64,000 nt of DNA from Dipteris shenzhenensis (GCA_047967505.1 CM106538.1); one strand, 5' to 3'; shown: positions 11,765 through 26,217, counted from the stretch's first letter. A program made the numbers and translations. Notes: a model not told the origin generated them from the sequence alone.

Positions 11765-13080
11765 CTACTCCAAGAATCCCATGATGTGCTCACGTGTGTC
11801 TAAATCTATTTTGAAGATACTCTAGACCTTCTTTTGTCTAGGCATAGCTTGCAACTGGAACTTAATAGCTCTTACTAAATGAGAGTACACAAATCTTGTA
11901 AACTCTTATGTAACAGTTCATAATTGAGGCCTCTCTTGGATGTCTTTTTGTACCAGACAACTCCAACTACTACATCCTACTTCTTGTAGCTTGTTCCCCA
12001 ATGATCCTTAAATGCTTCCTCAACCTTGTGCTTGGGTTTGCTACATTGCAACACAAAGTATGGGTCATCTTCCTCATCCACCCTAGAGTTAGCGAGAACA
12101 ATTGCAAAGTTATCCCCCTCTTCCAAATAGTCAGTGAGGTCATCAAAGACACCCGAAACTATGGTAAGTCATCATTCGTCTCTCCATTGTTTATCATGAG
12201 ATCTTGACATAGAGGGAGAACTTGAATTGTCTCCCATCTCTTCACATCTACAATGTCCTCACAATTGTCATGATCCCCCAAAACAAGAAAGATTTCTTGT
12301 TTTAAGCACGTGATTGTTTGAAAAGCCCCATATGTTGTGGAAACTATGAGTTCCTTTGATGGCCTCACAATCATGTCTATTTCTCCTTTACACCTCATTC
12401 ACTTTCACTTCATGGAACACTCTGCACACGACACTATTCTTGAGGCTTTATTTACTGTATGCTGATTGTGCCTCTATGGAGGGGTTGGCTATGAGCCATG
12501 TTACATCATCATGGACATCAGTAAGATTTTCATGAGGGCATGTTGGTTGTCTGAATAGAGCTCACTTAATAACAACACCCATGGCTAGACGCAAAGAAAT
12601 TCCAAGGCATGTTTAAACCAGTTAGGGATTTAAACCTTGAGACAAAGTAGAATCCACGGGCTGATTTAAACTGAGAGGAAGCACCATCTGACCACACCCA
12701 ATGTTGTTTTATATTTTCTTGTACATGGGGATCATCATTTTTTAGCCATTTCCAATGCAATAGAAAAGCATGCTGCATAATAAGGTGTCATGCTCCCTAT
12801 AATCCAAAATGTAGAAATGGTATGTGCATTGCACTGAAGGGTACTCTGAGTCAGCAAGTAGATTGGCATCAATCATACAAGGCACAAGCAAATGAGTGTA
12901 CATGATATGCACTAGAATTGATATCTGCAGTGTGAACACTTTGTATCTCATCTTGTTCTTGAAATGAGTAGTTTTGGGCAAAATCTAGGATAGAGACAAC
13001 GGTGTCATGGGGAAAATTGGCAAGGCACTTCTTGGACTGCTTATCTGGTCAGCTACACGTGAAATTGTGAAGCACATATT
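11765..13080 (-). mobile_element. Degenerate Sola2-like DDD transposase
   Basis: Joined frames read YVLHNF...KCLANFPHDTVVSILDFAQNYSFQEQDEIQSVH...QISILVH...HFYILDYREHDT...HWVWSDGASSQFKS...WNFFASSHG...DCETIKGTHSFH...RNLSCF...GDNFAI...FVYSHLVRAIKF...*. The DFxxNY / SDGxxxQFK / HG(KG) pattern is as I recall it for Sola2. No TIRs were found. Confidence 0.6.
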
Positions 13081-13235
13081 CTCCTATTCATTTGGGTCCT
13101 AATCACTTCTCCGCCTATTATTAATTAATTCTATTGCATCCCCTCCCAATTCACTCTCAATTAACCTTTGCCTAAGTTGTTTAATTATGCATGCCCTCAT
13201 CTTGCCTCTCCGCCTCTGATCGTTGCCCCTCCGCC

Positions 13236-14905
13236 ACTCCCAACTGTTGATGCATAAGCTCTGCATAAGGAACCTTGGCCATCATGGCCCTCTCCTCATT
13301 TGATTTGGGACTATCTGCGTGACTCAGTTTCACATATGGAGGTAATGGATTACTTCCTGTCTTCCCCCCCTTCCTATTGAAATGTTGCAACACTTTCGTA
13401 ACATACTTCTTCTGTGAAAGCCAAAGGAGTTTCCTACTTCGGTCACACGTGATGCGCATACCAAGTATGTGACCTGCAGGTCCCAAATCCTTCATGTCAA
13501 AGGCCTCATGCAACTTGGCCTTCAAGGCATCCAGCTCATAAGTGTTCTTGATAGCCAATACCATATCATCCATATAAAGTACCAGGATTATCAAGGTATT
13601 ATCCTTAGCCCTTTTAGTGTAGAGGTAGTGATCAATCTCACTTCTTTTGAAACTCTAGGACCGAATGAAAGCATCAAACTTCTAATACCATTCTCTAGGC
13701 CTTGCTTCGGGCCATAGAGACTCTTTTTTAGCTTGTAAACCAAATGCTCTTTGCCCTTTTCTTCAAAGCCTTCCAGCTGTACCATGTAAATTTCCTCATG
13801 CAAATCCCCATGCAACAAAGCTATCTTGACATCCATCTGCATAAGCTCCATATCCTCTGTTGCCTCAAGTCCAAGTACACATCTAATGGGAGAGAAGATC
13901 TCATCAAATTCCACACCCTTCTCTTGCTTGAACCCTTTAGCAACCAAAAGAGCCTTGTACTTAGGCACATCATCACCTATGACCTTCATCTTGTAGACCC
14001 ATTTACATGGCAATGCTTTCTTTCCATGTGGCAAAGAAACCAAGTCCCAAGTCCTATTTTTCATGAGTGAATTCATCTCTGATTGCTTAGCACACTCCCA
14101 CTTGCGCTGATCCTCACGCATCATAGCCTCTCTGTAGCAGGAAGGCTCCCCGCAATCAGTAAGCATCACATAGTCTACCCCTGGAACAAATCTCTCAGGC
14201 GGTCTAGACACTCTAGATGATCTTATAAATGGCATTTCAGCTTTCTGTCCGACTTGCATATCAGCCACATTTGGCTCATCATTTCCACCAATAGATGATA
14301 CATCATTTATGTACCTGTGGGAGTACTAGTGGCACCATTTCTTGCACATTCAATTCATGGACAGCTTGCTGTCTACCAACATATGTAAGTGGATTCATAT
14401 CTTGGAAAGTGATTCTCCTCATTTCCACATCCCTCATGGGTGTCATGCATCTTCTTCTCATCGAAGACCACATCATGGCTTTGTATGATCTTCGTTGCTT
14501 TTGGATCCTAGAGACAGTGGCCCATCTCTCCACTTTCACCATAACCCAGAAAGATGCATATCCTAGACTTTAGATCTAGCTTCTTTTAAAGCTCTTTTGG
14601 CACATGTGCATACGCCTCACACCCAAATATATGCAAATGAGAGTAAGAGAGCTTTTTGCCACTCCATGCATCTTTAGGGATCCCACCATCCAAACTCTTA
14701 ATAGGTGATCTATTGATCACATGCAATGCAGTCTTCATTGCCTTAGCCCAAAAACCACAAGAAAGACTTGCATTGGAAAGAAACTTTGCAACCTTTCCTG
14801 AATGGTGCATTTCATATGTTCTACAACTGGATTTTGTTATGGAGTACAAGGGGATGTGAGCTCCCTCTTAATCCCATGTGTATCACATAAATACTGAAAG
14901 TCTAA
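13236..14905 (-). mobile_element. Ty1/Copia family A (Tnt1/Tork-like), copy A1: integrase 3' half and RT fragment
   Basis: FWAKAMKTALHVINRSP, FGCEAYAHVPK, VMLTDCGEPSCYREAM, QMDVKIALLHGDL, LYMDDM, FDMKDLGPAGHILGMRI. Homologous to copies A2 and A3. Confidence 0.9.
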
Positions 14906-15060
14906 CACCCGACTACATGCAAAATGCCACCTGCATACAATGACCAACAATGTCATCCAACCTCACGGGTGACCTATAAATGAGCTAGATGCGAGTGTTC
15001 ACAAAATAAGAGCTTGCAGCAGCAGCATAGACTGAGCACAAAAATTGTCCATGCATACAA

Positions 15061-15412
15061 TGTGAAGATAGTGGGAGAGAAGGAAGGAGTCTCACTTGTA
15101 GCATTTTCACATACACAATGGGGGAATACACACAAAGGTGGAGGCTGAAAATAGTTTTCCTCTTCTTAGTTGTGAAAGCCAAAAGAACTCTAGTATAAAG
15201 AAATAGAAGAACCCTATATGTGGGTCTCAAACCAAACTTAGCTAACTAAGGTGGCATACTGGCTGAGCCACGAACTAGAGTACATAAGGATAGCTATCAT
15301 CCAGCTATTATTCATGGGTGGTGTACCAACCGCATCTGTAGCTAACAAGTCGGTGACATAAATGCACAATGGTCATGCTAGCATATCACGAGTGGAGCTC
15401 GATATCTCAACA
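15061..15412 (-). repeat. 3' LTR of Copia B1
   Basis: TG...CA termini, homologous to 36346-36698. The PPT (CTCCCCCT on +) is adjacent at 15413. Confidence 0.9.
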
Positions 15413-18400
15413 CTCCCCCTCGACCTCAATCCCAATTCCTGCACACCAAGCAAGTCTCTGAACTTGCGCAGCTTCTCGATGCCCAATGCCTTCGTGAATA
15501 TGTCAGCTACTTGATCCTCTGTGTTGACATAAACTAGATCAATAAGACCTAGTGAAACCTTCTTCTGCACATAGTGATAATGTACCTCAATGTGCTTTGT
15601 TCTAGCATGATAGATTGGGTTATTTGCCAAGTGTATACTGCTCATGTTGTCAAAATAAATGACAACTAGCCCATCTATAGACTGATGCATATCATAAAGT
15701 AGCTTATGCAACCAAGCTACCTCACATGCAGCCATTACTGCACCCCTGTACTCAGCCTCTGTGCTTGACAAGGCAACTGTAGGCTGTTTCTTGCTGCTCC
15801 AAGTAACTGCACCACTCCCAAAAGAGAAAACATATCCACTGGTAGATCGTCTATCAGAAATACTACCAGCCCAATCAGCATCATTGTATCCATGCAACTG
15901 TATCTGAACCCTAGCCTCATAAAATAGTCCATACTGCAATGTGGACTTCACATACCTAAGTATGCGTCTAGCTGCATCCAAATGCGGTTTCCTTGGAGCC
16001 TACATAAACTGACTTACCAATCCAACAGCATAGCTCAAATCTGGCCTGGTAATAGTCATATAAATCAAACTTCCTACTATGCGCTTGTACATAGTAGGGT
16101 CTTCCAGAAGCTCACCTGCATCTGCGCTCAGCTTCACATTCTACTCCAAAGGAACTGAAATAGGCTTACAACCTGTCATCCCATATTTGGACAGCATGTC
16201 CAATCCATACTGCCTTTGCAAGAGCCATATCCCACTTGGTGATCTAATCACCTCAATGCCCAAGAAATAACGCAGCTCTCCCAAATCCTTCATCTCAAAC
16301 TTTTGCTTCAATAGCATTTTCACATGAAGGATATCTTCATCGCTATCACCTGTGATGATCAAATTATCAACATAAATGACAAGCAGCATAATACTTTTCT
16401 CTATTTTTCTCACATAAAGTGAGAAATCTGCCTTGGAAATCTGAAAGCCAATAGTGACAAGATACTGTCCTATCTTGTCAGACCATGCTCTAGGTGCTTG
16501 CTTCAAGCCATACAAGGCTTTCTTTAACCTGCAAACAAACTCAGGATGAACATCATGAACATAACCTGGTGGCTGCTCCATAAAGACCTCTTCTTGCAAA
16601 TCACCATGCAAGAAAGCATTCTTTACATCCATCTGATGTAAAGACCATCCCTTTGATGTAGCCATAGCAATGACTGCTCTTACGGTTGCCATCCTTGCAA
16701 CCGGACTGAATGTTTCTTCATAATCAATCCCATATGTTTGTGCATACCCCTTGACAACTAATTTGGCCTTGTATCTGTTCATAGAACCATTTGCATTGTG
16801 CTTCACCTTATAAACCCACTTACAGCCAATTGCATTCTTGTCTTTAGGCAAAGGCACCAATTCCCATGTAGCATTTGCTTCCAAGGCATCCATTTCTTCA
16901 TCCATGGCTTTCTCCCATTTTTCTTTTCCCATGGCTTGCTCAAAAGAAGTGGGTTATGGTTCCTATATCATTTTGACCATATAGGCATAGTGAATGGCTG
17001 TAAATCCATCATATTTCAGCCTATCCATAGGATACCTAGCTCTGGTAGACTTGCGCAAAATAGGCTCACTTCCAGGTGCTCTCAAAACATCCTTGGTCTT
17101 CCTTACTCTAGGTGTAACAATAGAAGGAATATCCAACTCATCATCAATGCTCTGTTCTGAGCCACTGGATTCACCATCCACATAAGAGTGACCTGCATTC
17201 ACATCAAGCATGGGCTGATCTACCTTCTCTTTTCCTTTTCGTGATACCTGCATACCATTATCTGCATTGCTTTGAGGAGATTCTCCTAATCTCAATCTGC
17301 CTATCCATGGTGAAGTATGTGAACCACTGCTAGAGGACACTGCAGGTCCACTAATATTTTGTGATTGTTGTTGTGAATTTTGTGCAGCATTACCATTTTG
17401 TGCATCTATATCATCAATCACATTTACTGGTTTATACCAGCTGCTCATCTCATCAAAAACATCTCTGCTCACTGTAAACTTACGAGTAGAAGGGTTATAG
17501 CATCTATACCCTTTCTGCTGCAGAGAATAACCAATAAAGATGCACTTCTCAGCTTTTCGATCCAACTTGGACCTCAACTCATCTGGCACATGAACATAGG
17601 CAATGCAACCAAAAATTTTCAAATGAGAAATATCTAGTTTCCTACCGGTATATATCTCCTCTGGCGTCATGCCATGTATTGCTGCAATGGGAGTCCTATT
17701 CATTATGTAAACTGCTGTAGCAACTGCTTCAGCCCAATAATAATCTAGTAGGTCTTTTTCATTTAGCATGGCCCGAGATACCTCTCCAATATGCTTGTTT
17801 TTCCTTTCTGCAAGTCCATTTTGCTGTGGGGTATGACTGCATGAATATTGCTGCTTTATGCCATGCTCCTGTAGGAACCTTGCAAACTCATTTGAGAGGT
17901 ACTCTCCCCCTCCATCTGACCTTAGGCATTTTATTTGCAGGCCTGTTTCTTTTTCAACCATAGCTTTAAAAGCTTTGAAGTGCCCAAACACTTCACTTTT
18001 CTTTTTCATAAAATACACCCAAACTTTTCTGCTGTAGTCATCAATAAAAGTGACAAAATAATGACAGCGTCCAATAGATGCAGCTTTAGTAGTCCATACA
18101 TCAGAGTGGATTAATTCCAATGGCTTCTTACTCTCTTGAACATGTCTAGGAAATGGTTTCCTTGCCTGTTTTCCAAATTGACAGGCTTCACATACCTTAT
18201 GCATTTCTGCAACCTTGAATTTAGGCAATCCTGCAACAATATTTTGGGCCTGCATTGATTTAAGTCGTCGTACATTAACATGACCAATGCGTTTATGCCA
18301 GATATCAATATCTACAACTACACCGGTCCCATGTGCAAACATTGCTACACTCAATTCAGGCATGTCCGCATCCAATGTAAACATCCCACCCTTCTTCTTT

Positions 18401-19700
18401 CCTTTTGCTATCAAGCGACCGTTATTTTTCATATCCTCAACAAAGCATCCATGAGGATTAAATCTAACCTGCAAGCCCTGCTCAACCATTTGACCAACAG
18501 AAACCAGGTTCTTGGTGATATTCGGGACATGAAATACATTAGACAGGTATTTCTTTTTCCCATCCTGCATAGACAAAGGAATTTTACCAATCTGCACAAT
18601 AGGATGTGCAGTATCATCACCAGTCTCCACAAATCCTAGTTTTTCCATTTTCCTTGCATCCTGCATCCATTCTGCATGACTTGTCATGTGGTTTGATGCA
18701 CCTGAGTCAACATACCACACATCATTTCTTTCTTCTGCACTTGTCACAGAATTGGTCATGTGCTACACCATAAATAGATGCTCATTTCTATCATCACCCT
18801 CCCTACTAGAAGATGCATAATTGCCTTGCTGCAATTTTCCATTCATAATGTCATTCTACTTTTTGTAGGAGTCTTTAGCCATATGACCCATTTTACCACA
18901 ATAGTAGCATTCAACATTGCTGTTTGCATTTTGGCCTCTCTGCCATCCACCACAACCTCTTTGGCTCCCCCTGCCTCTAGAGTTACGACGTCCTCCTCCA
19001 TAGGACTGGTTTTCTTGAGTTTACTGCATATTCTGATTTCTACCATGGCCTCCAAATCGGCCTCCTCCACCTCTGCCTCTACCTCTTCGAGCATTTGAGT
19101 ATAGTTTCTTTTGAAGTTCCTCCTGAAGAAGATGCACCACCATTTATCTACTCTTTTAGAAATTAGAAGAGCAAACAACTCCTCAAAATCAGGAAATTTT
19201 TCACGGATGGCAATGGATGTCCGGAACTGCTGTGCATAATCCTTTCCTAGAACATTCAAGGTCATAGAAACTAAATCATCATCTTCCACTGGCGACCCAA
19301 TGGAAGCAAGTGCATCTGCAATTTTCTTCACCTTCATGTGGTAGTCATTGATGCTCATATTTTCTCTCTGCACATGCAACTCCTGCTTGAGTTGCATTTT
19401 CCTGGCTTGTGTATTTGTGCTGTACATTTTTGCCAAAGTATCCCATGCCTTCTTTGGCGTACTTGCATCTTGAATATGCACAATCATAGAATTTGAAATA
19501 CTGATAGACAGCCAGTACATAACTTTTCTAGCTCTCTCATGCCATCCTTTAAATGCCTGCATTTCCTGTTGATTGGGAACATTAGGAAGAACTAGTTCTT
19601 CTTCGTTTCCTGTAATGAACTCCCAATAGCCTTTTCCCATAAGGAAATTCGTCATTCTAAATTTCCATGCTTGGAAGTTGTTCTTGTCAAGCTTTTCAAT
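15061..19700 (-). mobile_element. Ty1/Copia family B, copy B1: gag-PR-INT-RT-RH plus 3' LTR, 5'-truncated
   Basis: gag ~18800-19700. PR/INT ORF 16963-18759 (WYVDSGASNH, WHKRIGH, LRSDGGGEY, QQNGLAER). RT 16141-16932. RNase H 15373-15981 (DADWAG, ADIFTK). Premature TAG stops separate the ORFs. The 5' LTR and PBS are missing. Confidence 0.93.
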
Positions 19701-21511
19701 GAGCATTTCTGTGATACACATGGGATTAAGAGGGAGCTCACATCCCCTTGTACTCCAGAGTAGAATCTAGTTGTAAAACAGATGAACCGCACCATTCAGG
19801 AAAGGTTCCAATGTATGCTTTCCAATGCAAGTCTTTCTCATGGTTTTTGGGCTGAGGCAATGAAGACTGCAGTGCATGTGATCAATAGATCACCTAGCAG
19901 GAGTTTGGATGGTGGTATTCCTAAAGAGGCATGGAGTGGAAAGAAGCCCTCTTACTCTCATTTGTGTATATTTGGTGTGAGGCATATGCACATATGCCAA
20001 AAGACTTCCGAAGCTAGATCCTAAATCTAGGAAATGCATCTTTCTGGGTCATGGTGAAAGTGGAGAGATGGGCTATCGTCTCTGGGATCCAAAAGTAAAG
20101 AAAATCATATGAAGCCATGATGTGGTCTTCAATGAGAAGAAGATGCATAAGACACCCATGAGGGATGTGGAAATGAGGCCAAGATGTGAATCCACCTGCA
20201 TATGTTGATAGACAACAAGCTGTCCATGCATCGAATGTGTAAGAAATGGTGCCACCAGGTACTCCCATAGGTACACAATCAAGGGCAGATGATGGAACAT
20301 CTATTGGTGGCAATGATGAGCCAAATTTGACTGATATGCAGGTGGGACAGCAAGCTGAAATTCCCTTGATATTGGGTTGCAGTGGATGCTTTACAGACCA
20401 TTTGGATGCATTGTGATCCTTGTTGGATACACTGATAGGCCCACATTGCCGAAAGAACATCTAGAGTATCTAGACCGCCTGAGAGATTTGTTCCAAGGAT
20501 AGAGTATGTGATGCTTACTGATTGCGGGGAGCCTTCTTGCTACAGAGAGGCTATGATGCACGAGAATCAGCACAAGTGGGAGTATGCTATGCAATCAGAG
20601 ATGAGTTCACTCATAAAGAATAAGACTTGGAACTTGGTTTCTTTGCCACATGGAAAGAAAGCATTGCCATGTAAATGGGTCTACAAGATGAAGGTCACAC
20701 AGGTGATGATGTGCCTAAGTACAAGGCCCGTTTGGGTCGCTAAAGGGTTCAAGAAAGAGAAGGGTGTGGACTTTGATGAGATATTCTCTCCGGTTGTGAA
20801 GATGATCACACTTAAATGTGTACTTGGACTTGTGGCAATAGAGGATATGGAGCTTATGCAGATGGATGTCAAGACAACTTTCTTGCATGGGGATTTGCAT
20901 GAGGAAATTTACATGATACAACTGGAAGGCTTTGAAGAATATGGCAAAGAGCATTTGGTTTGCAAGCTGAAAAAGAGTCTCTATGGCCTTAAGCAAGCAC
21001 CTAGAGAATGGTATCACAAGTTTGATGCTTTCATTCGGTCTCAGGGTTTCAGAAGAAGTGAGATTGATCACTACCTCTACACTAAAAGGGCTCAGGATAA
21101 TAGCATGATACTCCTGGCACTTTATGTGGATGATATGTTATTGGCTAGCAAGAACACTTATGAGCTTGATGTATTGAAGGCCAAGTTGCATGAGGCCTTT
21201 GACATGAAAGATTTGGGACCTCTAGGTCATATTCTTAGTATGCGCATCACGCATGACCAAAGTAGGAAACTCCTTTGGCTTTCATAGAAGGAGTATGTTA
21301 CAAAAGTGTTGCAGCATTTCAATATGGAGGGGGGGAAGGGAGTAAGTACTCCATTGCCTCTATATGTGAAACTGAGTCAGGCAGATAGTCCCAAATCAGA
21401 TGAGGAGAGGACCATGCTGGCCAAGGTTCCTTATGCATCAGCGATTGGGAGTCTTATGTATGCTATGATAGCTACTAGACCAAACATTGCATTTGTAGTG
21501 GGAGTTGTTAG

Positions 21512-22218
21512 TGTTAGATATCAATGCTCCACTCTCGTGTAACTACGCGGGAACCAGCTGAGGAGAAGGCATTTGGGTAGCTAGGTTATAGGGTAGGTCC
21601 TAGTTTGAACACTAGATGGGGGCCATGTGTGGCCTGATGGGTGGATGGCTTCAGATAGAATTGGCACACTACCAACTAGGCTACATGCAAGTGTGGGAAG
21701 GCATCTCTTGACTGACTGCACTGAGGGTAGATGGAGCATTTTTCGAGGTAGCCCACTCTCGAGTTGCGGGGCCCGTTTGGAGCCTCAGACGATCCCGAAT
21801 GGCTCTGGGGTGAATGGAGATCGTAGGTTAGTTGCTCTATTTTGTGCACCGGTTCTATCGTATGGTCGGTGGCCTATTTCGGGACGGACCCCCAGTCGAC
21901 CATTTTGGGCAGACTGGGTCGGTCACCCAATTGAGCCTAACCGACTACGACTGGTGGCTATATAAGAGCAAGCTCGTGAAGCCCATTTCATCACTGGCTA
22001 CAGCAACCCTGATTCCTTAGCATCCAACCTTTGTCTTCTACTGTTTCCAGCATGCCATCGAAGCTTCTTTCACAGGAGCGCATGGTTGGGAGGCAGCGCC
22101 ATCTATTGTATCAGATCTACAGTAATCAAATTTTTGATTCTCCATACTATCTTATTTTCTCTCTTGTGTACGAGATCCTGTTATCTGTTGAGCATAGACG
22201 TTGTATTATTTTCTTACA
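21512..22218 (+). repeat. 5' LTR of Copia D
   Basis: TGTTAG...CTTACA, followed by the PBS. It differs from the 3' LTR by many substitutions and indels. Confidence 0.92.
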
Positions 22219-25200
22219 TGGTATCAGAGCCTGGACTCTAGCAAGAAGATTTGGTAGTGTGTTTCTATTTGCAAGCAGATTGTGAGAGATGGCCCAGCCC
22301 GCAAGACTGTGAATCCCACTGTTCGGTGAAAGCGGAAAGTTGGATGGCTCGAGACACTGATACTGGGGTGGATGTGAGGCCGATTGTGAGACCAGATCCA
22401 ACCAATGCAGGAAATAGATAGTACCAACTGCGGATGAGATTCTCGCATGGACAAGAAGAAATGCAGATGCGTTGTGTTCTATTTTCTGCAGTGTTAGTGA
22501 TTCTATCATGGCATTAATTCAACATGTCACCATAGTGGAGGAGGCATGGATGGTCTTGAAAAATCTACGAGACCACAAATCAGATGCGGATTCAAAATCT
22601 GGAGACTCAACTCATGAACCTGAGTCTGAAGCGACAGAGAAGTTCATCACCAAGGTGAGGAATCTGCGCGATCGGATGATTGCGATTGGCATCACCATCA
22701 CCAGCGAGAATCTAGCACGAAGGTGCATATGGATTCTCCCACCAAAGTACGACGGTCTTATTACGACACTGAATATGCAGAATAGAAATCCGCCCCTCAA
22801 CTTTGAGGATTTCAGCGTGATGCTTCTGGAGGAGGAGATGCGTCAAAAGATGAGGACTGGAGAAGTTTCGGCTTTTTGGACCGGATCAAAGAAAGGTAAG
22901 GGTAAGGACTCTGGTAACCCATCTTCTTCTGATGATAAAAAGAGAAAGAAGAAGATCAAGTAATTCTATTGCAACAAGGTAGGGCACAATCAGAATAAGT
23001 GCCGACGAAAGAAGATTGCAGATGAGAAGAACGGAGTAAAGAAAGAGTCTAGCAACAGTGTGCAGGCAGTACTAGTAGAGCTGTTCGTCACAATTGAGGA
23101 GATTTGCATGGAGGTAGTTCATGTACCTGCAGATGAACCGTGGATCATTGACAGTGGTGCATCGCACCACATGACCAGTCAGAAGGATTGGTATACCTCT
23201 CTACAGTCGGTCGGGAATGACATCCTGATAGCAGTCAGCAATGATGTAAAATGTCCAGCAAAAGGAAAAGGTACGATTGCTCTCAAGTCAGATGGAGTTG
23301 TAAAACAGTTGTCTGATGTTCTTTATGTGCCAGATATCAAGAGGAACTTATTGTCTGTTTCTGTGATCACGAATCGGGACCTCAACGTTCAATTCGATAA
23401 GAATGGTGCACAGATTCTGGATCTTCAAGGGAAGGTCATTGGTAAAGGTACACGGTGCAACAACATTTACGAACTCTCAGCTTTCAGTGCTCGAGCGGAT
23501 GTGAAGAACACTAAGCTGTGGCATGAGAGGTTTGGTCATCTAAACCTTAGTTCTTTGAAGGAGATGCATAAAAGTGGAATGATTACAGACCTACTAGAAA
23601 TTTTAGATCTGCCCGATGTATGTGAAACTTACATGATGGGCAAGCAGCATCGGCAGCCCTTTCCTAAAGAGGCCAGCAGGGCAAAGGCTCCTCTACAGCT
23701 CGTTCACATGGACCTTTGCGGAAAGATGGAGACGGAAGCTTTGGGTGGTTCCTACTACTTCATGATGTTGATCGATGACTACAGTAGAAGGATATGGATA
23801 TACTTCCTAAAGACTAAAGACGAGGCTTTTAGTAGGTTCAAGGAATGGCATGTAATGGTCGAGAAAGAAATGGGGAGGAAGGTGAAGAAGTTGAGATCAG
23901 ATAAAGATGGAGAGTTCACATCAACTGAATTCGAAAGTTACTGCAAAAGTCACGGAATCAAGAGGCAGAAACATACATCACAGCAAAATGGAGTAGCAGA
24001 ACGCAAGATGCGCATCATCTGCAAAATGGGCCGGAGTATGATGAAAGGGAAAGATTTGCCAAAGACTTTCTGGGCTGAAGCATGTAACACTGCAGTTTAC
24101 ATCCTGAATCGTAGCTACACAAAGGCTGTGAATGGGATGACTCCACTGCAAGCCTTTTTTGGTAAGAAACCTTTAGCTGCACATTTTAGAGTTTTTGGAT
24201 GTGACTGTTTTGCGCATGTCCCTAATGCTACCCATACCAAATGGGAACCGAAGAGCTGGAAGTGTATTTTCTTGGGCTATAGTGAAGAGGTGAAGGGTTA
24301 CCATCTCTATAACCTTGTTACCAAGAAGGTAATTGTAAGTCGCGATGTGGTCTTCTCAGAATAGCCGCATCAATTGGAGGAGGATGCTTCCTTCCCAAAC
24401 AACCAGGACCAAGATATCCATCTAGTACCACCACCAACAATAGATCAAACTCCCCCAAAAAAGAAGATGAAGAAGAGCCTGTAGAACCACAACGGCAACG
24501 GCCATTCCCGAAGTGGGTAAAGTAGCTTTTGGATGGAAGAGAACCTCTAGCCATTGAGGAGGAACCATCCGAACACCGCCGGTCCAACAGATTAGAGGAG
24601 CAAAGAAGGGCGCAAGAACACTTGGTCAACTATGCTTTGATGATAGAAGTGATCCGTGCTGATGAACCCAAGTGTCTTGAAGAGGCACAGGGCGATGATA
24701 GGTGGATGGAGGTTATGCAGTCGGAGTATGGCTCCATAATGAAGAACAACAATTGGGACCTTGTGGATCAACAACCAAAATGCAAGGTAATTGGAACCAA
24801 GTGGGTGTACAAGACCAAGTACAAGTCCGACGGCACGTTGGATAAGTACAAGGCTCGACTCATGGCAAAAGGATTTGCACAGGTACATGGTTTTGATTAT
24901 CAAGATACTTTTGCTCCCACAGCTTGATTGATCACAATTCGCAGTGTTTTGGCTTTAGCTACCTAGGGAAGTTGGCCCGTGTTTCAGATGGATGTGAAAT
25001 CCGCCTTTCTGAATGGAGATCTCAAGGAGGAGGTATACGTGGAACAACCACTAGGTTTTGAGATCCCCGGTTCAGAAGGTAAAGTCTGCAAACTGAAGAA
25101 GGCACTTTATGGGCTGAAACAGGCCCCACGAGCATGGTACCAGTGAATTGAAGCCTACTTTCTGCAAAACGGGTTCAGGAGGAGCCCATCTGATGCAAAT

Positions 25201-26217
25201 TTGTATATCTTCAAAGAAGGAGACAGGTGTATGATCGTGGTCCTTTATATGGATGACCTTGTCATAACAGGGAACCATGAAGAGAAGATCTCGCAGACGA
25301 AGCATTTGCTAGGAAGAGAGTTTGAAATGACAAACCTTGGACTGATGCATTTCTGTTTGGGGATTGAAGTTTGGTAGAAGCTGAAACAGATCTTCATTTC
25401 ACAGCTGAATAATGAAGTATGCTGGAGAGATACTGAAGGCTTTTGGCATGGCTGAGTGCACAGTTGGTACCCCTATGGAGGTTGATGCGAAGCTCTCAAA
25501 CGAGGATCATCACCACTGGTGGACGAAGCGAAGTATAGAAGGCTTGTGGGCAGCTTGATTTACCTGTGCAACACACGGCCGGACATTAGTTTTGCGACTG
25601 GTGTACTAAGCAGGTTTTCCAATAAGCCCCGGGAGAACCATTGGAGGGCAGGGATGCGGGTGCTGAAATACATCAAAGGCACACTTGATTATGGCATCAC
25701 CTATACCAAGGGCAACATCTTGACTGGAATCTGTGACTCGGATTGGGCAGGAGACATGGACAGCAGGAGATCAGTGACAGGGTACTGTTTCTCACTTGGA
25801 TCTGGAGTTGTGTCATGGGTCAGCAAGAAGCAACCCACAGTTGCTCTTTCTTCTACCGAGGCCGAGTACAAATCTGCATGCTTTGCTTCTTGCGAGGTAG
25901 TGTGGTTGAGGAGGACTTTGGGGGACATGGGTGTAGTGCAGAACAAGCCTACGCAGTTATCATGTGACAATCATAGTTGCATGGCGATTGCAAAGAACCC
26001 GGTGTTCCACGCTCGCACAAAACACATTGAGATTCAATATCACTTTATACGTGAGCTCATCATGGATGGAGAGGTCGACTTGGTGTATTGTCCGACTACA
26101 GAGAATGCTGTGGACATCTTCATGAAGGCTCTTTGAAGAGACTTGCTGGAGAGGCATCTTCATCGACTTGGCATTGGGCCGAAAAAGTAAGTTCACTTGC
26201 GGGACATTGAGTGGGGG

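Noticed and set aside
22219-22230. tRNA-like sequences (TGGTATCAGAGC here, at 27370 and 41201; a variant at 57865)
   Set aside because: These are 12 nt primer-binding sites next to LTRs, with no cloverleaf.
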